Shown here one piece after another: positions 20,330 to 32,158 of a DNA stretch of 64,000 nucleotides. Each line of letters begins with the position of its first letter. The stretch's first letter is position 1. The notes under the pieces are model-generated. The model worked only from the letters and a program-made list of their open reading frames with translations. It ran no database searches and was not told the DNA's origin. A program made the position numbers and the translations under genes. The stretch covers positions 32,001-96,000 of the IMG/VR virus record IMGVR_UViG_2974778117_000001, one strand, 5' to 3'. This stretch comes from a virus. Taxonomy: Duplodnaviria > Caudoviricetes.

Positions 20330-20567
20330 TACAGTCATCCAGGAGCTGGTACCACTGGTAGACCCATGTCTTCCATGCCCAGTGGACCCTGGCATCTTCA
20401 TCCCGGTAGAGCTACCCAGTCAGCTGTGTGAATGTCCTCCAGCGATTGAGCCACCTAGCCTTCTCCCTAACATAGAGAAAGAGACAATCGTGACTGACTG
20501 TCTCTTGGCGGCTCTCCGTGCTATGAGTACCCAGTACTACTGTGAGACTAGGCCTCAGGGGTGTTGA
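20310..20567 (+). CDS. small Cys/Pro-rich protein
   Basis: CLPC and ELPSQLCECP resemble a segment of the upstream gene. Confidence 0.6.
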   Translation: MSSSQSDTVIQELVPLVDPCLPCPVDPGIFIPVELPSQLCECPPAIEPPSLLPNIEKETIVTDCLLAALRAMSTQYYCETRPQGC

Positions 20568-20809
20568 TCAGTCTTCCTGATCTTCCTCCTCGTCCTCGTC
20601 TTCATCCTCTTCCGGATCGGGTGTGGTCTGGATGCAGCCGTTGGCTTTCCACCGTTCCAGTTCCTGAATGGATCGCTTGATCTGGGCAGCGGCTTCTCGG
20701 GCGGCTTGACCGGAGGCTTCACGTGCCTTGGCTTCAGCTTCCAGGCGGGCTTCCTCTTCAGCGAAGATATCGTTCAGGTCCATCATCTACTCCTTGTTTG
20801 TGTCCCTGT

Positions 20810-20838
20810 ATTATATAGGGACTGATGGGTCAGGTCAA
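20810..20838 (-). promoter_or_regulatory. early promoter
   Basis: TTGACC-17-TATAAT. Confidence 0.8.
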
Positions 20839-21265
20839 GGGGTGTTAGGCCCTGGGGATGATCTGACCGAAGTGGAAGTAGCCGTCGCGCATCTTGTTCA
20901 TCTCCCAGATGACGAGATCGTCTGCGATGGATTGCATTGCGTCTAGGCTGTATGCCTTGTGGACTACCATGTGTTCGGTCAGTGAGTCCAGACGCTCGTT
21001 CTTCAGGGCGTCCAGGTTCTCGTCTGGTGGGTAGCGCAGTAGAAGCTCATTACGGACCTCCCACTACGGTTTCTTCATCCAGTTCTTTCTGGACTGCGTG
21101 CCAGAGGCTATCCTCTACCAGGTAGATCTTGAAGTCCGACACGTCATCCGGGACGACTTCCTCTGAGGCCTTGACCAGCGCATACAGGTTGGAAGAGAGC
21201 AGGCTGAGTTCTTCGATGGTGATGTACAAGTGCATCATGGTCTGTGGTCTCCTTAACTTACACCT

Positions 21266-21294
21266 ATTGTATAGGGTACAGGTGTGGAGTGCAA
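21266..21294 (-). promoter_or_regulatory. early promoter
   Basis: TTGCAC-17-TACAAT followed by AGGTGTA. Confidence 0.8.
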
Positions 21295-22445
21295 GGGTTT
21301 TCTTCAATTCATTTCAGTCACCTTTGTAGCGTAGTCCGGCTGAACCAGCGCCCACATGTACTTGGAGTAGGAGACCTCACGCCAGGGGCTCCAGCCTTCT
21401 TCTACCTTCATGCTGATCCAGTACACGGTTCTCATGGCTGCTTCTTCCATTCACCCTTGTTCAGCAGGGTCTGGATCATCTGCCGCATCACCATGGTCGG
21501 ATTCAGCATCAGCATGGCGTACAGGACCTTCCGGACTACGGACACGTACCGCTGTTGACGGGCGTACTTAGCCTCCAGCTTCTTATGGACGGATGCCAGC
21601 TTGAGGTAGTCCTCAGCCTTGACATAGCGTCCGTCCACGATCCACTTGGTGTCCTTCACGGTGTCGAGCCTACCATGCCAGCGCATGTCGACATACTCGT
21701 CACCCCAGCTATCGGTGCCCATGTAGGGGCCATAGATCTTCGGGTTCGTGTTCATTCGTGCTCCGGGTACTCGTCCAGGGAATCCAGCAGCATGTTGATT
21801 GCGATCCAGTCCCCAGGTTGCACCTGATAGACCATCCACAGCCCGCATCCGCTCTCTACCGGAGTCTGATTCTCCAGGGCGGCGTACAGTTCCGGGTCAT
21901 GTTCCTTGACCAGCTTGACTTCGGTTTCGGTGAGCGACAGCTGCATGTTACACCTCGCGGATCAGTCGGGACTTGCCAAGACGGGCTGCGTGGAGCTTCC
22001 CGTCCTTCGTATAGTAGGGAACAACCACCACACCCTGATCACGGTCAGCGCCTTCCGTATGAACGAAGGAATCGAAGTCCGGCTGATCACTGCGCTCCTG
22101 AGCCCACTTCTCCTGGAATGGGGTGAGGTTCAGATTCTTGATGGTTGCGATCTTCATGATGCGATCTCCTTACAGGACCAGGATGCTGTTGTGGTCATAG
22201 CTGCCGAGCGCGTCCAGGAGGACTTCGATCACCTCCGAAGCGTAGCCGGCGTAGTAGAGACCGTCGATCATGATGTCCAGATCCAGGTCATCCAGCTCGA
22301 TCTCCAGTCCGTTCTGGACCAGGGTGTTCTCCAGGTCTGCAGCGGACAGGTTGAAGGCCTTGACGAGGGTGTCGGCTTGGGCCTGGTCTTTGGCGATGAT
22401 CTTCATCTGGAATCTCCTGGGTTGGGTTCGTCTTACCTTACACCT

Positions 22446-22474
22446 ATAGTATAGGACATAGGGTCAGATGTCAA
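22446..22474 (-). promoter_or_regulatory. early promoter
   Basis: TTGACA-17-TACTAT followed by AGGTGTA. Confidence 0.8.
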
Positions 22475-23246
22475 GAGATTTCTTCAACTGATTTCGAGGC
22501 GAGACGAATCCATCAGGGTCCGGTTCACCATCAGCTTAAGCGGCGGGTCCAGGAAGGTCCATTCCATCACATCGAGCGCCTTGTGGACCACGGTGTGCTC
22601 CAGCTTGCCGAGTTCCAGGAGAAGCTCCGGCATACGGCTACCGATGGAGCACAGCTGCGAGCGGGTCATCTTGATCTTGTTCATGTCAGTTCTCAGTGGG
22701 ACCGCACCATCTGTGAAGACGACTCACCACAGTATGCGTCTCCACGGAATATCGGTTGCCGACATGCGAGATGTACTGCGCCTTGAAGTCCTCGTTCAGC
22801 TCGTCGCATACGGACTTCGCGTGCTTCTTGTCGGCGTAGACTCCGATCACCTGGTCGCCCAGGTCGATATGTTCTACTATCACATGTACGTCCATCAGTT
22901 CGTCTCCTTCATTTCAGCATATAGTGGATGGCGGTCATCATGATGTAGTTCCTTCAGTCCAGGATGTAATGCGGGTAGGCTTCTTCGGCGATGCCTTCAA
23001 ACCCACGGGAGGTCGGGCAGTGGCGTACGGCAAGCAGGGTTCCACCGTTCCGGGCAATGAAGCCAGAACGTTCTTCATCCGAGGCGAACCGGAATGAACC
23101 GACCGTGTGCCGACCCTTGAACTTGCAAGGCTGGATCGACTTGTAGAGCGCCACATAAGGCTTCGCGGCGTGATACTTCTCCTGAGTGCCGTACCCGAAC
23201 CACGCTGTCGTCTTCTTCATGTTTGCCGTCTCCTTAACGTACACCT

Positions 23247-23275
23247 ATTCTAAAGGAAGACTCTCCTGGATGCAA
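23247..23275 (-). promoter_or_regulatory. early promoter
   Basis: TTGCAT-17-TAGAAT followed by AGGTGTA. Confidence 0.75.
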
Positions 23276-24977
23276 GTGTTTTCTAACAGATCTTTCACCT
23301 CATTTCGCAAGATGAAGTCACCCAGGCTGTCCTCCACGATGGTGTCAATGGACTCATCATAGAAGGTCAGGGTGCCCATGTCAAACCGGGTCAGCTTCTC
23401 GATCTCAGCCGCGATGCTCTCATGGGCACCTTGCCATCCAGCCCACGCGGCTTGCGTTCCGAGATTCTCATACTCGCCTCCCCGCTTATGGAGGAAGAAT
23501 CGCCCCTCCGCCCACTTCTCAAACCGCGTTTGTAAGGAAGTCATGTCCCACCTGCACGTAGACGGTTGCCTTGGTCTCGACCCTCCAGCAGGTGCCGTCA
23601 CGGTTGAAGCTTGCATTCATGACTGGACCCACATGGAAGAACTCACTCATATCTGCGTTGCCGATCTTGGCCTGCACGTACTCGCCTCGTCCGCCGATCA
23701 GCCACGCCTCTCATATCGCACAATTGGCTTGATCACAGCTTACCCTCCAGTTGATCCAGTGCCGCACAGACGCTTGCGTGGACCTGATACTCCACACTGA
23801 AGACGGAGGTGTCGTCATTCTGTACACCATCATAGCACGGATCCAGCATTGCCATGATCACCGGGGCGTGCATGATCAGGGCCTCCAGCTCTGCCTCCGA
23901 CAGGAGCAAGGTCGTCAGGCGCTTCTTCGGTTTGGCTCGGGACGCCAGGATCTCGGTCTGTAGGGCGGAATGCGACAGCAATGTGGTCAACGCCCAGTCA
24001 TACAGGCTCCGGTCTACCATGAAGATGTTGACCTGACCATCCAGATGCTCGGCACCGCGGAACGACAGGAAGTTGTTCTCCTTGTTCTGGTTCAGGTATC
24101 CGGTCAGTTCCTTGTTGGTCTTCTGTAGCACTTCCCGCTCGACGGCGGTCAGAATCAGCATACGCTTCATGATATATCTCCTAGAATGTGTTTCGGATCT
24201 TGGACTGGAACCACTGCCGGATGTTGGCTTCTTCCGGATACTGTATCTTTCTGATCTTCAGTGGAGGAAGAGCTGGCATGGGCTGCACCTGAGGAAGCCT
24301 TGGCGCGACCAACGAGGGTATGAACCCTGGAGGAACCGGTGGCAGCAGTAGCGGAACTCTGAACATGTCTACCTCGCGGTGATCATGGCTACCAGCATGG
24401 ACAGCATCGCCGGTATGGACAACGGCAAGCAGTTCAGCGCTATCCCGACCACGATCAAGGCCAAACTCAGTCCCATACAGAAGGTGCTCACTGGACCAAT
24501 GTCCTTGAAGAACTGCTTCAGCGTATACCGGTGCTTAGAGCTCACGGGCAATCACCTTTCGGGCTTCCTGACGGTCGGCGCGGCGGATGCAAATGCCCAC
24601 TCGCTTGTACCGTTTGAACCCGTGATAGTGCCGGACGTCCTCCTCTCGGACTCGCTGACGGGCACGCTCGCTATTGCACATACGCATGACGCTCTCCTAG
24701 GTCTTGTAGAAGGTGAATGCAAAACTGAAATACGGCTCGACACCCCTGATCCCTACGCAGTAGCAACCGCTGATGGTCCGGACGTCGCTGTCGTTCTCGA
24801 AGAGCCTTGTCAGTGCATCATAGGCATCGCTCCAGGACTGACTCAGCGGACCGACGTTCATATCCACAATGATGTGCCCGTGTTCCAGCTTGACCGTCGC
24901 ATCCGGATACTGTGCCTTGATGTACTTCGCAATCGCTTCGGTTGACCGCATGCTACAACTCCTCTGGATGAACCCTT

Positions 24978-25006
24978 ATTGTATACGCTATGCGGTCTTG
25001 GGTCAA
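24978..25006 (-). promoter_or_regulatory. early promoter
   Basis: TTGACC-17-TACAAT. Confidence 0.75.
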
Positions 25007-26443
25007 ACCTTGTTATGGTCAGGTTCACCTCGACCAGGTCTTCGACTTGCGTCCGGAGCTTGCAAGCGTGATACCAGGTGGTATGGAGGAGCCAGCCACC
25101 GCTGATGGCTTCCATCTGGGTGTTGATGATCTCTGCATACAGGTTGCTGTCGGCATGATAGATCGCGCCGAGGATCTGCGACGGGACGAACATCGTGGCC
25201 CGCTGGAAAGATTCCTCGATATGGAGACCGGCACGGATCTCGTTGAAGTCTCCCTCGTCCAGGATCTCTTTCAGGGGCTTGTCCTGATTCTTCACATCCA
25301 GGAGCTTACGCAGTGTCTTCTCAAGACTCATCTTCTTGTTCCTCCTTCTCTTCCTGTTCCAGGGCTTCCAGGGTTCGCTGCATACGGAGACGGGCGTACC
25401 AGTCCTCCGGAGCGAAGCAGTTCAGGATCGATTCTTTCATACCATTCAAGATCGACTCTTTCATACCAGACCCGCCATTTCAAGCTTCAAGAGCTTGTCA
25501 GAGATGATCCGGAAGAACTCTTTGTCCACATTGAACCTACAGAAGGACTCGTATCTTGTATGCGGACGGGACTGGAGGCGCTCCCATAGGATATGTTCAT
25601 GCCGACGGAGAGCTGCCATGTCGCGGTCGCTGATATGCATGTCGACCATCTGCGACTCGACGTAGTGGTTCAGCTCGTTGTGCGCTACCTGCAGCTCGAT
25701 CTTGAGAGCATAGTAGTCGGTCCGGAGGGTCAGCAGTTCTTCCATGGAAGCCACGTCACACAGACGCGCTCCAAAGTTCATGGGATCGGTCAGGCGGTTC
25801 AGCAGCTTGTCGACCAGTTCGCTCATTTCGCATCCTCCACTCGGGTCCAGATGTCACCGTCAATGTCCCAGGTCTGTTCTCCGATCTCCAACCTGGAGAG
25901 CTTGCGCATGCCGTCCATGTATTCTTCGGAGTCATCCGCATCCCAGCCGGCATCCAGTGCTCCAGCCAGGGAATGGTGTACCGCTCGATCGTCCAGGTGA
26001 GTGATACCCACGGTCACCTTGAAACGCTTCTTCTGGTCCTGGTACTTGAACGGACGGCACTCGACTTCTTCGGTGAGCAGTCGGTTCGCGGCTTCGATTG
26101 CCAGATACATCCGGTCTCGCAGACCTGGATTCTGATCGAAGTCCAGATTACAGACGCCTCGTGGAGGGTGTCGTAGACTACTTGACGGTCGCTCATTCGG
26201 CATCCTCCACGCGGACCCACTCGTCGCCATCCTCGTCAATCAGCGTCTCGCCGATCTCCATGGACGTGAACAGATCCACAATCTCGCGGTGGGTGTAGTC
26301 GCCATATTCCACGCTCAAGCCGAAAGCGATATCCACAGCGTCTTCCAGGTCATACAGCAGGAAGGCTTGCGGATTGGACATCTTGAAGCGCATCTTGTCT
26401 GTCATCACGATTCTCCAGGTTGGGTTCTTCTTGCGGTACGGGT

Positions 26444-26472
26444 ATTATACCATAGGCAAGGGAGATTCACAA
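26444..26472 (-). promoter_or_regulatory. early promoter
   Basis: TTGTGA-17-TATAAT. Confidence 0.65.
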
Positions 26473-28135
26473 GGGTTTCTTACAATCAATTACACTCGAC
26501 CGTGCGCCAGTTCTTCAGGCGATCTACCAGCGCTTTGTACTTCGAGGCGTCGAGCGGACCAACCTTCTGGAACCTGGTATAGCTCCCGTCAACCGTGTGG
26601 GCGTATTGCTGATACATATGCGTCAGCAGGGTGCGACCCTCGTTCGATGTTAAGAGCTTACTCACGACGCCATGCGGGGCTACGATGTCTTCCAGTTTGA
26701 CCTGCGGCATGTCAGCCATCGCGTCCACCATGCGAGCATACAGAGGTGGAGCAATGTCCTTGAACTGCATGCAGTGCTCGTGATAGATGCGGTCGGTGTG
26801 AAGGTTCAGCAACTCGTTCATGAGGAGAGCGCGAGTGGACATCAGCTGTGCCACTGCCTCGTGCGAGATCATGAGATCACGGTACGTCATGCGTCAGCAT
26901 CCGGCAGGCGACCATCGTCAATCATGGTCTGGATAGCGGACATCACCGTGTTCCAGTTCTCGGCGGTCTTGCAGTTCCACAATTCCCACGCACCAGCTTA
27001 TCCACATAGGGCGCGAGGTAGCCACCTTCCAGAATCTTCCACACGTCCGGGAAGTGCACCTTGATTGAGGATACCTCAAGCGGGGTCAAGAAGATCCGGT
27101 GACAGGTCTCGGCAGTCATCGGCGGCGGCGTGGTCGGGTCCGGCACTTTCTCGGAAAGCAGTTCCGCGATCTGTGTCTGCAGCTGGGTGATCTTCTCCTC
27201 TCGGTCGCAGATCACCTTCTCCACCTGACTCGACAGATCAAGATACTGATCCACATACTTGTCACGGTAGATGCCGTACATATCCCAGCCATCGTCAGAT
27301 CGCAGGAACTTGATTGCGTCGTCCGACGCTTCATCAACCCGATTGATCAGGGTCTGGAGTTCTTGGCTCAGGTCAATAGCTTGCATCTGCATCCTCCCAT
27401 CCCAGGTGGACCATGACACGGTAGTGCAGGTCGCCGGTCACCTTGTAGACGAACCACTCCCGATCCGTGAATTCATCTCGCTCGCTGTGATCGAAGCACG
27501 ACCGGACCTCATCACACAGCGCGGTGTTCTCCAGCGCCAGCGTATGCAGGTCGTGCTCGGTCAGCCACATCAGCATTTCGTAGTTGCGTTCGGTCATGTT
27601 CTACTCCACTCTTGTCCAAAGATCGCCGTCCAGATCTCGATAGGTCTGCCCGACTTCAAGACGCATCAACCGGACCAGTTCATAGTCGCGAACGTAGTCG
27701 GGGACATGGTGCTGGGGAATCGAGTAGATGTTGCCTCGCTCACCCAGTCGGTCGTAGGTGTTCAACTCATACGTCATCACTCCCCCTTCTCCGTAGCCGT
27801 GTTCCTCGCCGTACTTCTCGAGGTCGTTGATGGTGCGCTTCAGCTTCTGGTAGAACTTCTTGCTATCCGTGCATCCGCTGAGCTTCCAGTTATCGTGGTT
27901 CTGATCCAGGGAGTTGCTCAGCTCCCCGTAGGTAAACTGGAACTCCTTCTCGTTCATCATGAACTCACGCTGGTCGCGGTCAAGCTTATGCTCGAAGCTG
28001 AGCAGGTCATCCTCGGTCACACCGTAGGATTCCTGGAGGTCCGGCTCGTCAATGGCGATGGCGACCTTGTATTGGAGTTCGTCCAGCGATTCCTGTGAGA
28101 TCTTGAACATTGTGTTTCTCCCTTGGCTTGACCTT

Positions 28136-28164
28136 ATTATACGATGTCTGAACCAAGAATACAA
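28136..28164 (-). promoter_or_regulatory. early promoter
   Basis: TTGTAT-17-TATAAT. Confidence 0.7.
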
Positions 28165-29417
28165 GGCCTGATTGTCACCTCTTTTGGGTGATGGGAGCTC
28201 GCCAGCAAAATACCCACGACGAACATCAGGATGCTCGTTCCGATCAGTGCGCTCACGGCGAGTCTCGCATGTCTACGATCTTCCCGTCAATCAGACAGTA
28301 GGGATAGTTACCCTTGCCAGACATCGGCTCGCCGCCCTGGGCGTAGCAAGACTGATGCCAGTGATGGATCTTCTGCTGATCTCTGGTACAACCGTAGATA
28401 CACAAAACCGTCATGACGATCATGATGAAACCGCCGATTTGAACTCACTTGGCATTGCGCTTTCTCCTCTTGATCGGGGCTTTCCATAGTTCCACGTAGC
28501 GGGAACCGCAGTTGTGATAGCCTTGAATGTAGGCTTGCACGTCGCGCAGAGCCTGTTGATATCCGCCGTTCCATCCTTCGGTGGACAGCCCGCGAGCGTA
28601 CATGTTGCCTTCTTGACCCTTCAACAGACCAGCCATCGCGGCTTGCACACCCTCGTGCACGTCTTCGATCTTTCTTGTCAGTCGAACGCTCATGTCAGTT
28701 GTACCAGTCGGTGATGTAGTCGATCATGCAGCGAGCTTTATCGTTGTCAGCCGCATGCAGCTCGTCCAGGAACAGTTGATCCTGCTTCATCTTTCCGAGG
28801 TTCATGTAGTTGAAGAACGCTTGACCGGCGCGCTGCCCGCGCATGCTCTCGTTGAACGCCAGCTCCTTGTAGAACAGGTTCACGCGGCTCAGCGGGATTC
28901 GGAAGGAAGCAGTGTTCACTTCAGCCACTCCACGATAGCGCGGATGCCGGAGAACTGACCAGCTTCCCAGGAAAGAACGCGTACACCCTTCTGGCGGGCG
29001 CGTATTCCAGAGTGCGCTGCACAGCCTTCTCGTCCAGACGACGATAGCGGTAGTAGGCTTCGCCGGAGTAGAACATATCGACGTCGTCCTTGCGGTCCTG
29101 GACCAGCTGACCGTCCTTCGTCTCCATACGGATTCGGAATTCACTCATGACAATCTCCTAAGTGCCCCGGACTCTCATCCGGGGCGGTTGGATTACTCAG
29201 CTTCCATGATCACAGTTTCGGCGTCTTCGAGCTGGTCGATGGACAACCGTACACTGCGTGCGGCTTCCTTCGCCCACGGCTTGTTGGAATACCGCTGCAG
29301 TTCCACCAGCAGCTCTGCCAGCGCATCGCCTGCAGAGTTCACGAGGTCCAGGATCTCTTCATTGGTCTTCATAATCTACTCTCTGTTGGGGAATGTGGTC
29401 TTCCCGACCACACAGAT

Positions 29418-29453
29418 ATTGTATGATGAAGAGATCCTAGATGCAAGTACTTT
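29418..29453 (-). promoter_or_regulatory. early promoter (AAAGTAC class)
   Basis: AAAGTAC-TTGCAT-17-TACAAT. Confidence 0.85.
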
Positions 29454-31230
29454 CTTCAGATTTTTCTGATCTGAATGAAGAACTCTTGCTCGTCCCTGTC
29501 TGCGACAGTCGTGTTGAGCAGCTCCACGATCTTCTCTGCGTCTTCCTTGTTGCGAGTCTCCGTGATCGAAATGGTGTCATCCGTAGACTTGCTGTAGCAG
29601 CGAATCTCGAACACATGCGAGTTCATATCGGCGGCGACCTTGCCAGCCAGAAGGTGAATACGACGTGCCAGATCGTCTGAACCAGCCGGATAGTTCAACA
29701 GCCACTTGGTTGCCAGATGGCTGATGACTTCCAGTTCGTCAAATCGTAGATGTAATTCATGAAATCCTCTTGATCCAGCGCTTGCTGTAGTTGGGTGTCA
29801 GTTCGTTGTGGAGATTCGGCAACCATTTGCCCTTCTCGAGCTTCAGGACTTCCGTGATCTGGTATTCCAGGATCAGCTTGGAGAGATCACTCTCCTTGAT
29901 GACGTCACCGGTCATACCGAAGATCGTCATTTCCTGGAAGGTCTTCTCGTATCGTTGAGCTGGGTTCATGCGATACGCCTCCACCAGTCACCGTCACCAT
30001 CAGTGAACGTGCCGCCGATGATAAGCTGGTCGGCGATGTTCCACTCATGCGGTGATGTCATCGTTTTCAGCTCGGCGAGCGTGAAGCGCTGCACATCGTA
30101 CACGCCAGTGTGCAGCTCGAAGATCTTACGCCTGCCGGCTTATACGGCTCGGCTCTCGGCATCTCACCTTCAAAGACTTCTCGACGGATCACCTTCAAGC
30201 CACGCAGCACATCATCGCGTGCTGGGCATTGCTGGTAGCCGAGCATGATCACCTCGATCAGTTCCAGCTCCTCACGAATCTTGGTCTTATCCATCACGGC
30301 TCCTTTATCACGATGATGTTCTTGTTGTTCACAGCAGGTCCGGCGCGTTCAGGGTTGGTCTCGCTGACGAGGTAGACGCAACCACCCTGACACGATGAAT
30401 GATGCGCTCGTCAATGCGTGCGCTGTTGCCCATGCGGGAAGCGAAGGCGACGATCTGTCCAGCCTTCAGCTGGACTCCTCTCTTGTCAGTAAGCAAGGTC
30501 ACCCCACGTGTCGTAGTAGTCGTTCTCAGCCCGCTTATCGCAGTATGCGTAGCGGAAGTCATTGGACGAGGTGAAGTTCTCGCTGATCCACTTACCGACC
30601 TTGCCGCGATTGAAGGAGTGGAATGCGCCTTCCTTGTTCTTCTTGTGCAGTTCGCGGCGCATCTTACGCCGGTCGCGGCGCGGATACTTCTGCTCCTCCT
30701 TCACCTCTCGACGGATCTTCTTGATCTCGGAAGAGGACAGGGATTCTTCAAACGGATACGGCATGTCGTTCTCCTCAGTGGACGCCGAAGCGTGAGTTGT
30801 CCTGGGCCAAGCCAGCGCCGACCATCAGAAGATGCTGCGGTCCTCCCATGGCTTCCGTCATCTTCTCGTGATCTTCACGATACAGGCGGATCGAATCTTC
30901 CGACCAACCAACCGCGCGCTGGATCACTGCAGCACGGTCCAGACCTTCCTTGTAATCTTCCGGTGTCATCGGTTGTTCTCCAGGTCGTTGAAAGCATCGT
31001 TCAGGATGTCCACGCAGCGCTCGGTATCATCCAGCGCGGGACGTGCCCACCACAGCTCCGGATCATCATACTGATCATCCTCAGCGATGATGCTGGCGTG
31101 TGAGCCAACAACCTCCTTGAGGTGATCCTGGAGTCGGCTCAACGCGTTGCGCGCCTGAATCATCAACTCCTCGGTACGATCATAAGTGTTCATCATCTAT
31201 CTCCAGGGCCTATTCCCTTGTCGTGCGATT

Positions 31231-31266
31231 ATTGTATGATACACTATCCGAAGATGCAAGTACTTT
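31231..31266 (-). promoter_or_regulatory. early promoter (AAAGTAC class)
   Basis: AAAGTAC-TTGCAT-17-TACAAT. Confidence 0.85.
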
Positions 31267-31870
31267 CTTCAACTATTTTCCGATGATCGACTCATCTTCA
31301 TCGGGCTGACAGCTGCACTGGATGCGATATGGAGCCAGACTCATCGACCAGTACCAGCCCCGATCCTTGCAATACGTGCAACCGGGCGGACAAGCCACCA
31401 CGTTCTGCTTGTACCAGCGGATCGCATCGGTCACGTTGTCACCGCGGAAGGTTCCTGACAGAGTGCCGTCGCAGACCCACTCAGACGAGTTCGTGTAGAT
31501 GAAGACTCCGTCCGGCTCCTTGGCGAAGGCGACGATACGTTCATCGCTTTCGATCAGGGCGCGCAAGCGCTTCCCTGCAGTTTCGATTGGGTCGGAGTAG
31601 GATTCGAGACGGCGCATCAGATGTACCTCAGAAGTTGTTCGATGATGGAGCCCGGGACGTTGATGTAGACCGTGCCGTACATGCCGCGATTACCTTCAGA
31701 GCGCTGCGCATACAGCTTCTCGGTCTTCAACAGCTCATAGTACAGGTCAGTCGCGAGGTCACGGACACGCTTTCTCTGACAATCCGCCAGGAAGAGAGAC
31801 TGCGGAGACTTCTTGATCTTCGGGTCTTGATTCGATCCGGACGGATGACGAGAAAGTTCATACTCACCTC

Positions 31871-31900
31871 AAAGAAGTGGGGGCGACCGAAGCCGCCCCC
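31871..31900 (-). terminator. intrinsic terminator
   Basis: GGGGGCGGC-TTCG-GTCGCCCCC followed by ACTTCTTT on the minus strand. Confidence 0.7.
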
Positions 31901-32122
31901 GATGATTACGCCTTCGCCAAGATCACGGTGACCAGGCTGACGAACTCCGGCGGGAGGATCACATCATGAACGAAACCGTCCGACCATTCCACGCTGAGAA
32001 CGATGATCGCGGCGAGAGCCGGGTCAACGAGAGCGATCTGACCGATCTGGTTGGAGTTCAAGGAAATCATCATATCTACTTCTCCTAGGTTACGATTGGG
32101 GCCAATCCCCGACCGTACAAAT

Positions 32123-32158
32123 ATGATAAGACACTAGCACCCAGGAGTCAAGTACTTT
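32123..32158 (-). promoter_or_regulatory. early promoter (AAAGTAC class)
   Basis: AAAGTAC-TTGACT-17-TATCAT. Confidence 0.8.

Noticed and set aside
27601-28164. 187-aa ORF as a genuine two-domain fusion
   Set aside because: The junction GGGGGAGTGATG looks like a TGATG stop-start overlap next to a G homopolymer, so it may be two genes; unresolved without reads.
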